A DNA stretch of 64,000 bases from Octopus vulgaris (GCA_951406725.2 OX597817.1:114762001-114826000), one strand, 5' to 3'. Positions 27,778 to 41,990 are shown, counted from the stretch's first letter. The notes: generated by a model from the letters alone, not told the origin. Numbers and translations: made by a program.

Positions 27778-28198
27778 TTTTACTTGTTTCAGTTATTTGG
27801 CTGTGGTCATGGTGGGGTACCACCTTGAAGAATTGTCAGTCGAATGTATTGACCCCTATACTTTTTTTTTAAAGCCTGTTACTTATTCTATCGATTTCTT
27901 TTGCTGAACCACTCAGTTATGGGGACTGAAACACACCAGCACCAGTTGTCGTGTGGGGGTGGGGAGGACAACACAGACACAAAGAAATACACACATATAC
28001 ACAAACACACACGCATGTGCACATTCACACACATACACATACAGAAGGTTTCTTTCAGTTTCCATCTACCAAATCCACTCACAAGGCTTTGGTTGGCCCA
28101 TGGCTATAGTAAGAGACACTTGTCCTTGGTGCCGTGCAGTGGGTCTGAACCCAAAATCATGTGGTTGGGAAGCAAGCTTCTTGCCACACAACCACTGC
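27778..28198 (-). mobile_element. SINE family A
   Basis: Reverse-complement match with head and tail present. Confidence 0.85.
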
Positions 28199-30063
28199 TC
28201 TTATTGCACTATACTGCATGCATTATATGCATTGTGTATGTATTTGAACATCAGCTGCTAATTAATAAGGTGAGAACTCTCAATACCTAGCAATATAAGA
28301 CCACCTCACAATATATCAACACACCTCTGCTTTTCTTTTTCCTTGTTAAATCATTTGTTTCTAGTATGAGTTCTCATTAGTTTCTGTAAATTCTAATGAT
28401 TATATTATCATGAATGATGCATGGAGGTTGACTTGGAAGAAAACATTTTTTTTTTATGATGAAAAATATATACTAATTTGTAAAATGTGTGAGATGTATT
28501 CTTTCTTAATTTTAATTAATCTATGTTATGTTTTTAAGGACAATTTTTGTTTTGCTGTTGCAGCTGCTTTTGATTCCATTTCAATTGTGAACATACAATC
28601 ATTTTATGACATTATATAACCCATGCTTCCCTTTGTTGAAGTTTGTGATTTAGGAGTCACTGGGATGTCCATTCTTGCAGTATGATGGGCCATGTTTTCA
28701 CTAGAATTTGTTTTATTTTGTGTTAAGGACTGATGTTTAGAGTTAGTTTTAGGTTGTAATGTACCTGAAGAATATATTTGCTGTTAGATTACACTGTGTA
28801 ACAGAAGTTTAATCTTTTTTTTGTCTTTGGTCAGTAAGTGTTATTTCCTATTTCATTCTCTCTTGAAATCAAAGGAAACAACTACTATTCCTTTCAGACT
28901 TTGCTTTTGTGACCTGGACATCAATTCTTGAAACTCACCTATTTTCCATTACATCTCAGACAGATTCAGCCTTGAGTTGCTGAAGCAGAAATATCATTAT
29001 AACAAATATTCTGCTCAACACCACAGATTTACTTTCCAGTTGCTTGATCTTAACCACTTGCACATGACACTTAGTGGTCAACAATATGTGCATCTTTGGT
29101 CATGAGTAGGAGTAGTGGGGCAGCATCATAGCCATGTGTTGAGAAGGATTCTTTGGCATTTGAATAAATGTAACAAATTCAAAGTTTGAAGGAAATATTA
29201 GCCATTTTTCATACATTCTAGAGGTAAACAAATAGGAAATAACAGTTGCTACCCAAGGACAAAAATCGTGTTACGCATTGTTATATCTTAGTTTATTGCA
29301 ATAGTTCTAGATAATTTAGTTCTCATTCTTGGATTCTAGGCATAGAAAAGCCAATGTAATATAAAGAGTTTTGCCCAGACACACAATAAGATAATAGCAA
29401 CAAGGTTTTTGGAAATCAATAAATTAAGAGAATTATTAAGGCAATGGTAAAAAACGTCCTGCATTATTTGTTTGGGCTTCTTGTATTCTGAGTTCCAGTC
29501 TGACCAAAGTCATCTTTGCTTTTCATCCCTCCAGACTCAATACAATTAAATATTAGCCTAGGGTGGTAGATTGCTAAAATTGTTTGAGTATTGGACAAAA
29601 TGCCAAATGAAATTTGTTTCAGCTTTTTATGTTCTAAATGGCTTCTCAGGTGTGACAAACTTTTCTGTATCCAACTGATGGTTTTTGCGAAAATTTATCT
29701 GAAAGAAAGCAATGGGAAATAACCTTTATATTCCCTTATGAAAGTTTCATGACAAATATAATAGCACTTATTTAGTAAGTTACCAGGGAGCGGGGTTGCT
29801 TATTGATCTGTTGGTGCCAAAAAAAAAAAAAAAAAAAGACAATTTTGAACTTAAGACAACAACACCTTCTTCAATTGGCCATCTCACCTCTACTAATATA
29901 GTCTTTAAAGCTCTGCTAAAAATAATTTCTGCAATTTTTTTTTCCATGAAGAGTTTTTATTGATTTCTGTTGTATTACTTTTCTTATCTTAGATTTATAT
30001 TTCACTCAATGTTTCAGCCATTAATGGTTTCAATCTCTTCAAGTGATATTTTTTCAATTAGGC

Positions 30064-30435
30064 TAGTGATTCTCAATTGGGGTCCATATGGCCCCTGAGT
30101 GTGCAAATAAGATTTTTAGGAGTCCATACAACAAAATAGTAAATTGGGGACTCACAATAGTATTTTATGGATCCCTGAAAAAATTTTTACTTTAGATGTT
30201 TATATTGGTAGATGTTTGTTTGTAATTTTGCTTTAGATGTTGTATTGCAAGAAACAGCTAGATTTCTTTCTCAAATGTTTTACATAGCTCAGTCTTCACA
30301 AGTTAATGTGTGAAAAACAAAATAGGAAATTTGAAAGAAATATCTAGTTTTTAAACATTGAATGTCTATGGGGGTCCACCAGAAGAAAACAGTTATCAAA
30401 GGAGTCTATAGACAAAAAATGGTTGAAAACCCCTG
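30064..30435 (-). mobile_element. hAT MITE, same family, reverse orientation
   Basis: Reverse-complement match to 1637-1984. The flanking 8-mers aattaggc and aactagac are consistent with a decayed 8-bp TSD. Confidence 0.8.
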
Positions 30436-30919
30436 AACTAGACCAATATTTAAACTGGGTACCTTTATTTTTGCACTTAATGTCTTTTGTGAACAACACA
30501 TCTAATATGAGGAAATTAGTTAAAAAGGTATTGATATAAATCATCTCAAATAAAAAGAAATAGCAGATAATAATCAGCATGATCATGGCAAGATATGAAG
30601 ATGAATGCTTTAATGTAATTTTAAATAACATTTCAACACTGGGATAATAGCTCAGTGTTGAGAAGAGCAGATGCATTTCGTAACATAAAGGTTTCAAGGT
30701 CGTTCCCTGACCAGCTGAGGAATATTACCAGAAGATGATGAGAAGGAACATCAGTCTATATTTTATGTCACCAACATATCCAAAAATTTCAAAAATAGTC
30801 TAAAGAATAGACATCTTTCATATAATGCTTTTTAAGAAAAGTGAAGAAGCTGTTCTATTTGGAGTTGAAAAACTCTTAATATCTACACTCTGATTATTCA
30901 TTTCTAATTTATATTTAAG

Positions 30920-31615
30920 TGTAGGGTACCTGTCGAGGGGATAGACCCAGGAAGATGTGGGATGAAGTGCTAAGAAAGGATCTTCAAATGCTGAGTCTCA
31001 CTGAGGAAGTGACGAAGGACTGGGAGATGTGGCAATTTGCTGTACTTGATAAGATTTGTCAAGCCAAGTAAAATCGCTGTCTTCCACACATGCAGGCTTG
31101 TCCTTTCAGGAGCTGGTACCATTTAAAAAGCACCTGTGCCAGTGCTGTGTTAATGCACCCATGCAGGTGCTGCATAAATGCATCTGTGCTGTGGAATGTA
31201 AAAAGCACCCAGCACATTCTTATTTCTTTATTGCCCACAGGGGGCTAAACATAGAGGGGACAAACAAGGACAGACAAAGGGTTTAAGTCGATTACATGGA
31301 CCCCAGTGTGTAACTGGTACTTAATTTATTGACCCCGAAAGGATGAAAGGCAAAGTCGACCTCGGTGTAATTTGATCTCAGAACGTAACGGCAGATGAAA
31401 TACCGGTAAGCATTTCGTCTGGCATGCTAACGTTTCTGCCAGCACCCAGCACATTCTGTTAAGTGGTTGGCATTAGGAAGGGCAACCAACTGTAGAAACC
31501 ATGCCTCAGCAAACAGCTGGGGTCTGGACAGCTCCCTGCTAGCCAGCTCCATGTCAAACCATTCAACCCATGCCAGCATGAAAAGTAGACTTTAAAAGAT
31601 AATGATGATGATAAT
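30920..31615 (+). mobile_element. RTE-clade LINE 3' end (ORF C-terminus plus 3' UTR), interrupted by a SINE B
   Basis: GTCRGDRPRKMWDEVLRKDLQMLSLTEEVTKDWEMWQFAV resembles the RTE C-terminus RGRPxKxW..DL..DR..W. It ends in ccatgccagcatg...(gat)n. Confidence 0.8.
31221..31440 (-). mobile_element. SINE family B with ~17-bp TSD
   Basis: Matches 44667-44899. The direct repeat agcacccagcacattct is at 31204-31220 and 31441-31457. Confidence 0.9.
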
Positions 31616-32176
31616 GTACTAGTAAGGAAATTTAAATGACAATGATGACAAAAATAAATTGATACCAAATTCGTTCTTTGGGCATTAATAAGTTTGACTT
31701 AAGAAATGAAAAATCTGGAAGGAAATCTTATGTCAGCATGGGAAAAGTAAGGAAAGGGTTTTTAAAATGTTTGAAATATTTTGTGATGATGATTCTTGCT
31801 TGTTTTTAGCTCGAGGTCAGCTGTGATCAAACAGACATGTGATTAAAAGCATTCCATTTATGACTATCCTATATTTTCCTTTTCAATGTGGCCTTCCTTT
31901 TACCATTATACTTAGCTAAAATTTGCAGCAAAGTTATCTTCTGGCAGGTCCTGCAACCACATGTAAGTTCCCTCTTTAGCTTGTACTTAGTAATGATGCT
32001 GATGATGGAGTTGGTGGTGTTTCAGTAGTGTGGCTCTGAAGATAATGACAGTGGCAGAGGCTAAATATGTGTTAAAACTACAAATATTTTTGTGGAATTT
32101 CCATCACAGCAGAAAAGGATTTTTCAATGATCATTCACAAAAGAGACAAGTGAATGTCTATTTTTCTAGATTTTAA

Positions 32177-32389
32177 TCCTTTAGCATTTAAGCTGGCTAT
32201 ATCAGTCCCAAATATTCTAACTCTTTTATGCTTAAACTGTGAAGATCTGGTCTCTCACACCTACCTTACAATGTCATTCTAAAAATAAACAATCACTTCA
32301 TCAAAATCTCAAAGCTACAAGATGATTAATTCAAAACAATGTGAACAAACAGGCATTACATTTGACAGGGTAATCTGAATGCCAAAAGG
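32177..32389. mobile_element. piggyBac-like MITE (second family)
   Basis: TTAA-tcctttagcattt...aatgccaaaagg-TTAA: inverted termini with TTAA TSD. Confidence 0.7.
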
Positions 32390-35265
32390 TTAAGAGGGAT
32401 TGAAATGTAGCAGTCATTGCTATAACAGATGATGGGTTGAAACACTTTAGAAGCAATATCAGTTAGTGACATTGAGAATCCTCAGTTTGACATTGTCTCA
32501 TTGATGAAGGATTTAGTTGAAGGTTTGTTACACTTCAGCAGGAAGCTTGCTATGCTATGAGGAAAGAGAGAGAAGTATTTGCGGAGGCAGTAGCAATTGA
32601 CCAGATATTACAACAAATTTTGAATGCTTTGAAGTGTGATCAACTTTCTTTCATCATCATCATCATTTAATGTCCAGCATGGGTTGGACTGTTCGACTGG
32701 GGTCTGTGAAGCCAGGAGACTGCACCAGGCTCCAGTCTGATCTGGCAGTGTTTCTACAGCTGGATGCCCTTCCTAACGCTAACCATCCGTGAGTGTAGTG
32801 GGTGCTTTTTACATGCCACCAGCACAGGTGCCAGGGGAGGCTGGCAATGGCCACGATGGGTTGGTGCTTAGAAACCAGTCAAGGCGGCGCTGTCTTCATC
32901 CCATGGTTAGCTATGCTTTGATATTTGGAGCTTGAAAAAAAAAGAAAAAAACTACCTATGTATATAATGCTTGCTACACTCTAGATATTTTTTATATTTT
33001 AAAATGTTTTCTTAGGCATATAAGTCTTGTTGTTGCTACTGCTGCTGTTGCAGTTGTTGTTGTTGTTTAACTTCAGGTCAAACCTGATAAAACATATATA
33101 TCAAGAAAGGTGTTTTGGCTATGACTATCCTATTGTTTTAGGAACATGAAGGACCTATATCATCTAATGTGTTGAATGAGGGAGTCTCTCTGTAGTCACT
33201 AGACTTGCTAGAAATAGTCACTAAATCTCTCTCAATAGTCAGTGAAAATCATGTTTTGAATAAGTCTTATTGTTGCTCATAAGATGGTTTCTGACTCTAT
33301 ATACAGGTGTCCATCACTTTTCTCACACTAAATCACTTCATTCAGGGAAATAGTGTTTTACTTTAATTCGGTTTAAATTTGGTGTGGTACCAATCTATCA
33401 AAGCAAAAGTTTTTCTTTGTATGTATTCCAGTATTCTTCTGTCTTTGAACAGTTACTTGAATCTTTTAAATATGTTTCTGACTGAAATACTTTATGCTGT
33501 CAGACCTCACAATTAAAATTACCATCCCCGTTTGTCAGCTGGAATTGGCAGTTCATTATAAGTCATTTCTTAATGGAAATTGTCTTCAAGCTGATCTCTG
33601 GTTCTCTTGAACTTTACCAGGGCTCAGTCACAATCACTTCTTTTCAATGTTTTGACCTTTGTGATTTTTATCTGTTTGAAAGATACTTACATGTATCTAT
33701 CTGAAGAATTTTCTTTATATGCTGGTGAATCACCTAGTGGTTCTACTATTTGTAATTTAAAAACCCCTCCAACTGTGATTCTCTTTCCAGTGATAGAATA
33801 TTTGACAAACATGGTAATATTTGAAATAGTATATACTATTGTTGTTTTAGTAATTCAGGTAAGCCTTGACTTAGAAAACCTACAGCAAGTGGATAGTCAA
33901 CTGAATGACTTGTTGCAATCCAAAGTTCTATAGCTCCAAATCAGCAGTTATGGTCTCCTGTAATAAATCATTATTGTTTGACTCTCATTCTATCTGAAAT
34001 TATACTTTTCTGTTTGTTTTTGTTTCTCCTCAATGTATTACACCAGTCATGGGTAAATTATGGCCCATCAGAACCTTCTGAATGGCTTGCCTAATGAAAA
34101 ATTATCTTGAATTTTTTTTTAGTAGTGTGGTTTGCTTGATAGTGAGCCATTTGTCACATAACCACCTCTCCAGAAAGATTGCCCATGCTTGTATTATACA
34201 AAGTATATTATTCATTCTTCTTTAAGATGGTAATATGAAGTTTGATGGGGATACTGTTATTTCTAACTACTTGAGTAACTGTACAGAAGCTACTTTGTAG
34301 ATTTGTGGTTGTTGCTATGACAATAGGTGTAAATGAGGTGGCCTCATACTTAGATTAACATTTTATAACCATTCTGTAAACTAGAATTTAAATTTCCATC
34401 AGGACTCAATTAATAGAAATAGGCTGGTAGATCTATCAGAAACTTTAAGGTTTTAGGTTTGATTCCAATCTGAGTTCAGACTGCAAGACTTTGACAGAAC
34501 TGATTTGAAGCTAATTATAAAAGAATCATATTGTTATGATTGTTTTGATTAAAATCCACAACTCAGTGAGCATATTTATATGTGTGCATTGTGTTGTGTT
34601 GTGTGTGTGTGTGTGTGTGTGTGTGCGCATGTGCCTCAATGCATAGCATTGTATATAATAATGAAAATGGACTAAAAAATATACAGCTATATTTGTGTGA
34701 AACTTGCATTTGATTCATAGGCTCATGAAAATAAGTATACAAATTTAGTGCTATGTTAACCACACTGCATCTTCATGATAAAAAAGTAATATGTAAATTT
34801 ATGACTCCCTGAAAACACATGCTAATATTATCTTAATGCTTTCAGGTTTACATGCATTTCTGTGCACACATGTATTTATGTTTTTTTCACCAGCAAACAA
34901 ATATGTGCTCATCGTATCATTTGTGTTTACACGGACCATTAAATATGAAAGAGAGCATTGGTTATTGACCAACAAAATATATTTTCTGAAAAATTGTGTT
35001 AATCAAATCTTTATAATATGCCCAATACAAATCCAGCAATGTTACCACTGTATGGGATTTAGCTGCAAAAGAAAAATTGATAAAAACTTTTTGAGTCAAC
35101 ACCAATCAATGTAAACGCAAGCAACCAACTATTATAATGTAATGTGGATAATTGGAAATGGGTTTTATGAGGTGTAGCTATGAGTTCAAGGTTTACTAGA
35201 CATAACAGAGAGTTGCTTCTTTCAGTCTTTTTTACCATTTCTATATAGAAATAGTAAAAGTAATA

Positions 35266-35967
35266 TTGATTTCAAATTTTGGCAAAAGACCAGCAATTTC
35301 AGTGAAGTGGGTAAATCAATTACATCGACCCCAGTGCTCAACTGGTACTTATCTTATCGACCCTGAAAGGATGAAAGGCAAAGTCGACCTTGGCAGAATT
35401 TGAACTCAGAACATAAAAACTGATGAAGCGCCACTAAGCATTTTGCCCAGCATGCTAATGATTCCGCCACTTCACTTTCACATTATATGTGAAAGTAATA
35501 GTGATTTCAAATTTTAGCACAAGGCCAGCAATTTTGGTGAAGCGGGTAAATCAATTGCATCAACCCCAGTGCTCAATTCGTACTTCTTTTATCGACTCCC
35601 AAAAGGATGAAAGGCAAAATCGATCTTGATGACATTTGAACTCAGAATGTAAAGACAAACGAAATGCTACCGAGCAGTTTGTCCAGCATGCTAATGATTC
35701 TGCCACTTCACTGCCTTTATATGTGAGAGTAATATCATTAGAATGTATAAAGGCAGTGAGCTGGTAGAATTGTTAGCATGCTTGGAAAAATGCTTAGCAG
35801 TATCTCATCCGTCTTTATGTTCCAAGTTCAAATTCCATCAAGGTTGACTTTACCTTTCATCCATTAGGAGTTGATAAAATAGGTTCCATTTGAGCATTGT
35901 GGTCAATGTAATTGACTTGGACCCTCCACCAAAATTGCTGATCCTGTGCTAAAATTTGAAACCAATA

Positions 35968-35968
<1 letters not shown>
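35266..35968. mobile_element. Cluster of three family B-related SINEs (-,-,+); further copies near 8460, 21655, 26360, 29470, 37500
   Basis: The core cgaccccagtgctcaactggtactta...aaggatgaaaggcaaagtcgacc...ttgaactcagaac is repeated at ~35266-35480 and ~35500-35718, and occurs as reverse complement at ~35751-35968. Confidence 0.85.
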
Positions 35969-36007
<39 letters not shown>

Positions 36008-36226
36008 GTAGCACCTAAGTAAAACTGCTGAAACAGTTTGGTGTAAATATTGATATCTTCTAGAATGTTGAATTTATGGCCTTCTTCCAAGTGTCTGAAA
36101 AATTGTTTTTATAACTAAAATTTGTTGTTTAAACCTGTCTTAATTGAACAAACCTATGAACAATCACATTCCAGCTATGACCATCCTGACTTTTCTCAGA
36201 ATTGGTATATATTAGATAGTTAGTCA

Positions 36227-36530
36227 GGAGGTGCAATGGCCCAGTGGTTAGGGCAGCGGACTCGCAGTCGGAGGATCACGGTTTCAATTCCCAGACTGGA
36301 CGTTGTGTGTGTTTATTGAACAAAAACACCTAAAAGCTCCACAAGGTTCTGGCAGGGGGTAGTGGTGACCTCTGTTGTATTCTTTCGCCACAACTTTCTC
36401 TTACTATCTCTTCCTGTTTCTTGAGTAATGCTGTGATGGACTGGCATCCCGTCAAGCTGGGGGGAACACATATGCCACAGAAACCGGGAAACCGGGCCCA
36501 TGAGCCTGGCTAGGCTTGAAAAGGGTGACA
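36227..36530 (+). mobile_element. tRNA-derived SINE family C (V-SINE-like central/3' part)
   Basis: tRNA-like head ggtgcaatggcccagtggttagggcagcggactc...gtttcaattccc and motif gtgatggactggcatcccgtc. A second copy is at 51075-51381. Confidence 0.85.
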
Positions 36531-36939
36531 AGATGGGATAGTTAGTAGTTACTTCTCTCTGTGCCATCAGGTATATAAGTTTGCAACATGATCTCTTCAG
36601 TCAGCTCTGTTTTCTACCACACATCTCATTCTGGATTATTCACCCTTTACATCTCCTTTCATTGTCAATGGTCCTTCACCATATATCTTTTCAGGGCACC
36701 CTGCTGCTCTTTGCTTCTCAGGTTGTCACTTTAGTGCCACCATACAATCACTTTCTCGATCTTGTTTGACAACATATCTGATCTAGTTCCAGTGTGTGTG
36801 TCTTATTTCATCACTGATCCTGATTGGGATTTAATATTAGGAAAAGTGATATGTCGACTTATGTAGCATTTCAGTTGCATTGATTTAAAAATGAATTGAA
36901 TATGCACTGAGACTAAATTTCTCTTGAATCTTGTAGTCA

Positions 36940-37225
36940 GGAAGGTACATGGCTCAGTGGTTAGAGCATCAGGTTCATAATCATGAGGTAATGAGTTTGA
37001 TTTTCTGACCAGGCTGTGTGTTGTGTTCTTGAGCAAGACACTTTATTTCACAATGTTCCAGTTCATTCAGCCGTAGAAATGAGTTGCAATGTCACTGGTG
37101 CCAAGCTATATTGTCTTTGGATAACATCAGTGGTGTTGAGAGGTGAAGCTGTCCAAACTTCTGCCTCGGAGGGGAACATTTTAGGTGCAATCTTATGGTC
37201 ATTCATGACGAAAGGGGGTCTTTAC
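36940..37225 (+). mobile_element. tRNA-derived SINE family D (related fragments ~44095-44272 minus, ~61720-61870 plus)
   Basis: Head tggctcagtggttagagcat...gagtttgatt followed by ttcttgagcaagacacttt. Confidence 0.7.
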
Positions 37226-38515
37226 ACTTTACTCTGTCATCAGGAAGGAAAGCAGCATTCAGGATTTTTTACTTGAACTCTGAGACTGGTGGGGATGGAA
37301 GAGGGAGAGAGAGAGAGAGAGAGAGAAAGAGAAAGAGCAAGAGATGAAAGGAGAGAGGTATCATCAAACTAGAAACCTAACCCAAGTGCTTACATTAGAG
37401 TGGACCTTCATAGCATCCAAGGTGTCCAGTTTTGGTGTTAAACTGAGAAACTGATTAAATCAATAGCCCAAAACCAAGACAGAAAATAATCTTTTCTTAT
37501 TTAGGCACAAAGCCAGCAATTTTGAGTGGTTAGGGGAGTAAATTACACTGATCTCAATGTTCAACTGGTACTTATTTTATTGATCCCTAAACAATGAAGG
37601 GCAAAGTCAACCTGGAAGAGTTTGAACTCAGAACATAAAAACAGATTAAAAGTTGTTAAGCATTTTGTCTGGATTGCTGACTATTCTCTCTGCCAGTTCA
37701 TCACCTTCAAGACAGAAAATAATTACAGCATTGTAATCATATCCTATTGGAGTAAAACTCTTGTAGATGGGGAGAAATTGAAAAAATTATAAATAACATA
37801 GAGGCAAGTATATTATCTGTTGCGATAAGGAGCAAAAAAAAAATGGTCAAGTGCATAAGTTTTTTTTATATACTTGTTTCCTTAAAAAACTTTAATAAAC
37901 AATGCAAGAAAGAAAGAAATATGAGACTACTTTGAAACTCAATATTCTGTAGCGAGCACCAACCATTGATGTTGCTGTAGGGCTTGTAGACTTACTGATA
38001 TTTGGAAATGCCTTGCAGTGTGCAAATAATGGGGGGAAAAAAATGATACAAAGGACAGTCTAATATAGTTAGCCTGAAGCAAACAGTTGTACTACTTCTT
38101 CATGCTTACATTTCTAAATAACAACTACTAAACTGAAAAGATATATAAAAGTTATGCATTTTAGAAATATGAAAACATCAACTGAACCAATCAATAAATT
38201 TGGATGAATAGTTGTGTGTGCATGTGTGCATAGTGTGATGTGGTATGTATGTTTGTGTGTATATATGCATGTGTGTATATATGCATGTGTGTTTTTGTGT
38301 GGCAGCTTATATTTATATTTGTACTTATGTACATGAGTAAGTGTGTATATGTTGTATATATGTGAATGTGTGTATACTACACACATATATGTGTGTGTTT
38401 ATGTGTATGTGTCTATATAAGAGTACACGTATACATATATATATATATACATACAAATCCAAACATGTACATACGTACACACATGCAAATATATATCTAT
38501 ATGTGTGTATATGTA

Positions 38516-38560
<45 letters not shown>

Positions 38561-38625
38561 ATGTATATATGTATATACACCCACACATACATGTATATGC
38601 ATACACACACACATACACATACATG

Positions 38626-38659
<34 letters not shown>

Positions 38660-39685
38660 CACGCACACTCACACATATGTATATATATATATATATATAT
38701 ACACACTTATAAAATTTTATGTATATACATATACACATATTCTTACATACAGACATCTAAGTATAGATCTGTATAAACTTCTAGATACATATGAATAAGT
38801 ACATATGTTTGTGTGTGTATGTGTGTGTGTATATATATATATACATTTATTTATTTGTATGTATATATTTGAGTGTGTGTGTGTGTGTACTTCTACTTCC
38901 TGTAATTGAAGTGGAGCAGACAAATGCGTTTTATTATTGATTTGGATTTGTTTGAATACATATCAGTGAAGCATGTGGTTTAAGAGTCCAGGGTCCAGAT
39001 CTCTTAAAAGGATTAACTTCTGCATTACTTTTCTGGTATTGAAGGAGAAAGACTTGTGAGAGGTGGGTGTTAAATGGCGGAGATCAGTGTAGAGAGGAAT
39101 GGCAAATATGAGAGAGTGAGTGGGTGAGTGAGAGAGTAAAAGAAGATGGAATGAGAGAGAGAGAGAGGGGGAGAAGAGGGATAGGGAGTGGGGATATAAA
39201 TTGTAAGATGAAAATTTTGTTGGCAATATTACTTATATGTGGGCACATGTTTTTGTGTACTCACACACACACACACATGCACACTCACACACAATGGGCT
39301 TCTTTCAGTTTCTGTCTATTAAATTCACTTACAAGATTTTGATCAGCTTGAAGTTACAGTAGAAGACACATGCCCAAAATGTCACAGAGTTGGATTCAAC
39401 CTGAAGTCATGTGATTCGGAAGCAAAATTTATTAATGATATATTCATTCCTGTGCCTTATGTTTGTGCATGTGTGTATATTTACAAATACACACACATGT
39501 GTGTGTGTGTAAATTTTCTTCATATGTATATGAAATAACAAAGGTGGCTATAAGCAATATAAAACCCAAAAGGATGAATTCAGTTGTTACTAATTGTGAC
39601 TGACGGTGCAGGGTAGCACCTTCATTGCTAGAAATAAGAGGTAAAAACTCTCTTAGTTGCGAAGAAGCACAAGTATATATATATA

Positions 39686-40083
39686 GGCGTAGGAGTGGCT
39701 GGTGGTAAGTAGCTTGCTTATGTACCACATAGTTCTGGGTTCAGTCCCACTGCGTGGCACTTTGGGCAAGTGTCTTCTACTACAGCCTCGGGCCGACCAA
39801 AGCCTTGTGAGTGGATTTGGTAGACGGAAACTGAAAGAAGGCCGTCGTATATATATGTATGTGTGTGTATGTGTTTGTGTGACTGTGTTTGTCCCCCCAA
39901 CATCGCTTGACAACCGATGCTGGTGTGTTTATGTCTCATAACTTAGCGGTTCGGCAAAAGAGACTGATAGAATAAGTACTAGGCTTACAGTGAATAAGTG
40001 CTGGGGTCGATTTGCTTTACTAAAAGGAAGTGCTCCAGCATGGCCACAGTCAAATGACTGAAACAAGTAAAAGAGTAAAAGAG
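39686..40083 (+). mobile_element. SINE family A, best-preserved (CpG-rich) copy
   Basis: ggcgtaggagtggct...ggttcagtcccactgcgtggc...aaacaagtaaaagagtaaaa. Many CpGs are retained. Confidence 0.9.
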
Positions 40084-40224
40084 GAAAAGAGGTATCCATG
40101 CTAAATTTAAAAGTTTGCATAAAAGGAAAAGAAAACAGAATATTTTATCCAAAAATAAAAGGAATTTTAGAAGAACATTAAAAAATATTGACTAAATCAT
40201 GGCTGGGAGATAACAGTTTACTCA

Positions 40225-40830
40225 AAGTAAACTATCAGCTTCCAGCACATCCTCATGACTGCTTTGGAACCTGGTGCATGCATTCTTCACTGTGCCCTTG
40301 GAGAGATCTTCAAACTTGATCTTGGTCACCAGTTTGGCTTTGGTGTTGCAGGCAGAGTGATTGGTATCTTTCTCAACCATGCCTCACGTAGTAATCCTTG
40401 GGTTTCCAATTTGGGTAATTAGGAAACTAGAAGTTGGGGCTGATGAAATCACATGAATTCTTCAACAACCACTTCTGACTCTTTTCAGACATAAGATAAG
40501 GAGTTGAATCCTACTGGCCTATGGCCTTTGTTCAGCAACCCTCTCCAACCAGGGGTTGACCACAGTCTCCATTGGTCTCAAATAGCCACCACCTGAATTG
40601 AGTCTAAGGCCCTGTTCAGATATGTGGGGAAGAATTTCAGCTTATGGGCATTGTCAAAATTCTTGCTGTGTCCCCCTTCTAGCTGGCCACAACTTTGTAG
40701 TCTCCATTGCAGCTGTCCATGTAAAGGTCTTATATCCATGACAGTGTTCACAGCACATTGAGCAGCAGTCATGAAATCAACATTTTGATACCTGGCATGA
40801 ATCATCATCATACAGGCAACTCTTTTCCAA
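40225..40830 (-). pseudogene. Internally deleted maT/DD37D-like (Tc1/mariner) transposase relic
   Basis: The minus strand gives ETVVNPWLERVA..SQKWL..DFISPNF*FPNYP..DYYV..EKDTN..CNTKAKLVTKIK..ACTRF, resembling the WPPNSPDLNPxDY region of DD37D transposases. An N-terminal-like piece lies near 40730-40830. Confidence 0.65.
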
Positions 40831-40919
40831 TATTCAGATGTTCACCAACACATAAAGCAGTTTCTGAAAAGAAGTGACATAATAATCATGAAATTTAGCT
40901 TGAACACTCTGCATATATA

Positions 40920-41122
40920 TATAAAACCATTAACACAGAGAATGGAGAGAGCAACTCATTTTATTGCATAATTCTGCACTTGTTTCATCAACATGTTATC
41001 AGAAGTTTATTACTGGAATACATTCTAGCAATAAACATCTGGTAAAGCATCTATGAAACAGTTGTAGAATTATGCAACAAAATTAGTTGCTCTCTCTCCA
41101 TTCTCCTTGTTAATGTTTATAT
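40920..41122. repeat. Diverged inverted repeat hairpin (~100-bp arms)
   Basis: agaatggagagagcaact..ttgcataattct is mirrored by agaattatgcaa..agttgctctctctccattct. Confidence 0.9.
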
Positions 41123-41579
41123 AAACTTTACATATAGTTATGGATTTTCAGATATGTCATCTATGAAGTGAGCCATTTTCCCTGGTTGATAGTATCTGAT
41201 AGTTGATACTTGTGTGTAGGTTATGATCTAAATGGTATACATACATATATACATACATACATACAAGCAAACAAACAAAACAAACAATTCTCTCTTGCAT
41301 CAGTTTAATTCAAAGCAAAGGATGCGTCAGGTTAAATCATTGGGCTTGAAACCCATGAGATATCTTCAATTTCTTCTATCCCCCAATTTTTAAAAACCCA
41401 ATATTATATGCTGTTATATATGGCTTTATTTGCTTTGTATTAAACTGCTCCAAAGAAAGAATCGTTTCATGATCTCTCAAAGTTTATAAATTCTTATGAC
41501 ATTAACAACAACAACAATGTATATATACATGCACGCATATATATATGTACATACACATTTATATATATATATATATATA

Positions 41580-41990
41580 TCATCATCATCATCATCATCC
41601 TTTAATGATCATCCAAGCTGGCATGGGTTGGATGGTTTAACCAGGGTTGGTAAGCTGGAAGGCTGTGTCAGCCTCCAGTCTGATTTGGCATGGTTTTCTA
41701 TGGCTGGATGCTCTTCCTAATACCAGCTACTCTGAGAGTGTAATTGACGCTTTTATATGTCAGTGGCATATGTCACATGGTTTTTGCTAGATTAACTCTA
41801 AGACCCTTTGATTCTAGACCTTGCTTCCATACCTAGAATGTCTTCTTTAGTTCTGGTAGTGATTCAGTAATAAAAGCAAGCTCATCAGCATAGAAGAGCT
41901 CTCAGGGGCAGCCTGATTTAAATTCCAATGTTATTACCTGGAGGACTACAATGAACAAGATGAGGCTGAGCACCAATCCTTGGTGAACCC
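41580..41990 (-). mobile_element. RTE-clade LINE relic: reverse-transcriptase fragment abutting a 3' tail
   Basis: Minus strand 41775-41990 reads VHQGLVLSLILFIVVLQVIT..GCP*ELFYADELAFI..VWKQGLE, i.e. RT motifs QGxxLSP and YADD. A (gat)n tail lies at ~41580. Confidence 0.8.

Noticed and set aside
33300-33930. Possible second GIY-YIG relic or 108-aa ORF
   Set aside because: Only vague resemblance, not supportable without a profile search.
36227-36300. Possible tRNA gene
   Set aside because: The tRNA-like head continues into a SINE body shared with 51075-51381, and there is no complete cloverleaf.
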